Source of the DNA: Opitutales bacterium
GTDB lineage: Bacteria > Verrucomicrobiota > Verrucomicrobiia > Opitutales > Coraliomargaritaceae
Direction: 5' to 3'
DNA: 29,360 nt
Assembly: GCA_049598495.1 (NCBI GenBank)
Contig: JBMYNR010000019.1
Location: 1 to 29,360 of the forward strand
In this document: in pieces, positions 28,410-29,360 of the stretch
Numbering within the stretch: position 1 is the stretch's first letter
Layout of the letters: every line of letters starts with the position of its first letter
The notes under the pieces: generated by a model
Told to the model about the DNA's origin: nothing
The model's database searches: none
Seen by the model: only the letters and a program-made list of their open reading frames with translations
Made by a program: the position numbers and the translations under genes

Positions 28410-28797
28410 TTAAAGATCCAACGGACTGACCATCTCTTTCCTGGTGCGGCTTTTTACCGTATGGGTATAGATCATCGTCGTCTTAATGTCGGAGTGGCCA
28501 AGCAACTCCTGAATCGTGCGTAAGTCAACATTCGCCGCCAGAGACCCTCTTAGGCACCAAGGTGAGCAATTTGGATGGAAACACCCATTGCCACTGAAAA
28601 TCCTTTGCTTCCTTCACCGCCCGTCGGCGACTCAAGGCCTCCGGCATAAACACACCACAAAAATCCCAGGACTTGAGATCCCGCTCCAACTGCTTGCCCA
28701 CGCGGGCCACTTGGCGTTCCAACTGAGCTTTCAACTTTTGCGGCATCGGCACCGAACGATCCTTCTTGACCTTAACATTGTGCACGATCACCAGGTT
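28410..28797 (-). pseudogene. intI: Truncated, internally deleted integron integrase (IntI-like tyrosine recombinase)
   Basis: One frame gives IVHNVKVKKDRSVPMP...ERDL...GVFMPEALSRR...[10 protein letters not shown], the IntI-specific insertion region. Another frame (28410-28541) gives [29 protein letters not shown]...SPLDL*. The HxxR box and the N-terminal half are missing. Confidence 0.85.
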
Positions 28798-28808
28798 CTA
28801 GAAAGAAT

Positions 28809-29360
28809 ATGAAAACCATCATCGCATTAGCACTGATACTATCGACCCCCTGGCTTATTCATATACTTTCACATCCTCGGAAGGCTCTACATTCGAAGGC
28901 CAACTTCTCAGAGTTGAAGAATCGCAAGTCACGATACTTCGCCATGCAGACCGAAAAGAATTTTCTATACCGAAATCGAGGTTTATCGAAGCTGACCAAG
29001 AATATTTCGCACGTTGGGCAAAAGAGAATCCTCATCTGAATTTTCCTGGACGTGGAGTATCCCAAATTTCACTCCGTTGTACTACCGCCCGAACGAATGA
29101 CGAATCTATAATTAGAGAGACAGGTAGGACCTTCATAGATATCGATGTATCGAATTCAGTCTACTGGGACTACCACTGGCTCACTGTAGAGACTACAGTG
29201 ACGGCAACAGCTAGACCCGAAACAGAAAAAGTAAGACTGAAAGGCGCTACCGTCCACGTACGTGGTTCATCAGTATCAGGACCAGTCTACACAAGAATCT
29301 ACACAGCCTTTTTCGTGAGGTCGCGGCGTTGCCCCGTCAGTTATGCACCCCGGTGCACGC
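28809..29360 (+). pseudogene. Secreted SHD1-like-domain protein gene, frameshifted in a C run; open to the window end
   Basis: Signal peptide MKTIIALALILSTP. The -1 frame from 28850 reads LAYSYTFTSSEGSTFEGQLLRVEESQVTILRHADRKEFSIPKSRFIEADQEYFARW... and stays open for 170 codons. Visibly more AT-rich than the core genes. Confidence 0.7.

Noticed and set aside
29320..29360. attC site (GTTATGC) or IS end at the window edge
   Set aside because: No complementary RYYYAAC box at a suitable distance, the ORF is still open, and there is too little sequence to call an IS terminus.

Overview
Mostly housekeeping chromosome of a moderately GC-rich bacterium, probably Verrucomicrobiota (Opitutae, Coraliomargarita-like); this is inferred from protein style and gene order, not from a search. 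Gene content in order: ftsZ-ftsA (minus strand, no ftsQ), elbB, rpmF-plsX-fabH-bamD-lptE, a TonB-dependent receptor behind two Fur-like boxes followed by a PhnD/C/E-type ABC transporter, purC/ABA4-like/metallophosphoesterase (minus), tRNA-Glu(TTC), ligA, an AspT/YidE transporter, a GcvR-like ACT protein, a 44-aa lipoprotein, typA, then rlmH, an RRM protein, serA and plsY (all minus). At the right end are a decayed integron-integrase gene and a divergent, frameshifted SHD1-domain gene. The most unusual signal is intergenic: a dense, nested set of small non-coding elements. These are a 247-bp MITE in two about 98% identical copies (one inserted at a TA whose empty allele is in the window), a 98-bp element with the same ends, REP mosaics (two bracket ftsAZ in inverted orientation), five to seven hairpins with 7-, 9- or 10/11-nt periodic arms, and a mini-element that duplicates the tRNA-Glu 3' end. 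Several proteins lack canonical motifs: the FtsZ T7 acidic residue, the LigA zinc finger and phosphoesterase metal ligands. All alignments and counts were done by eye.
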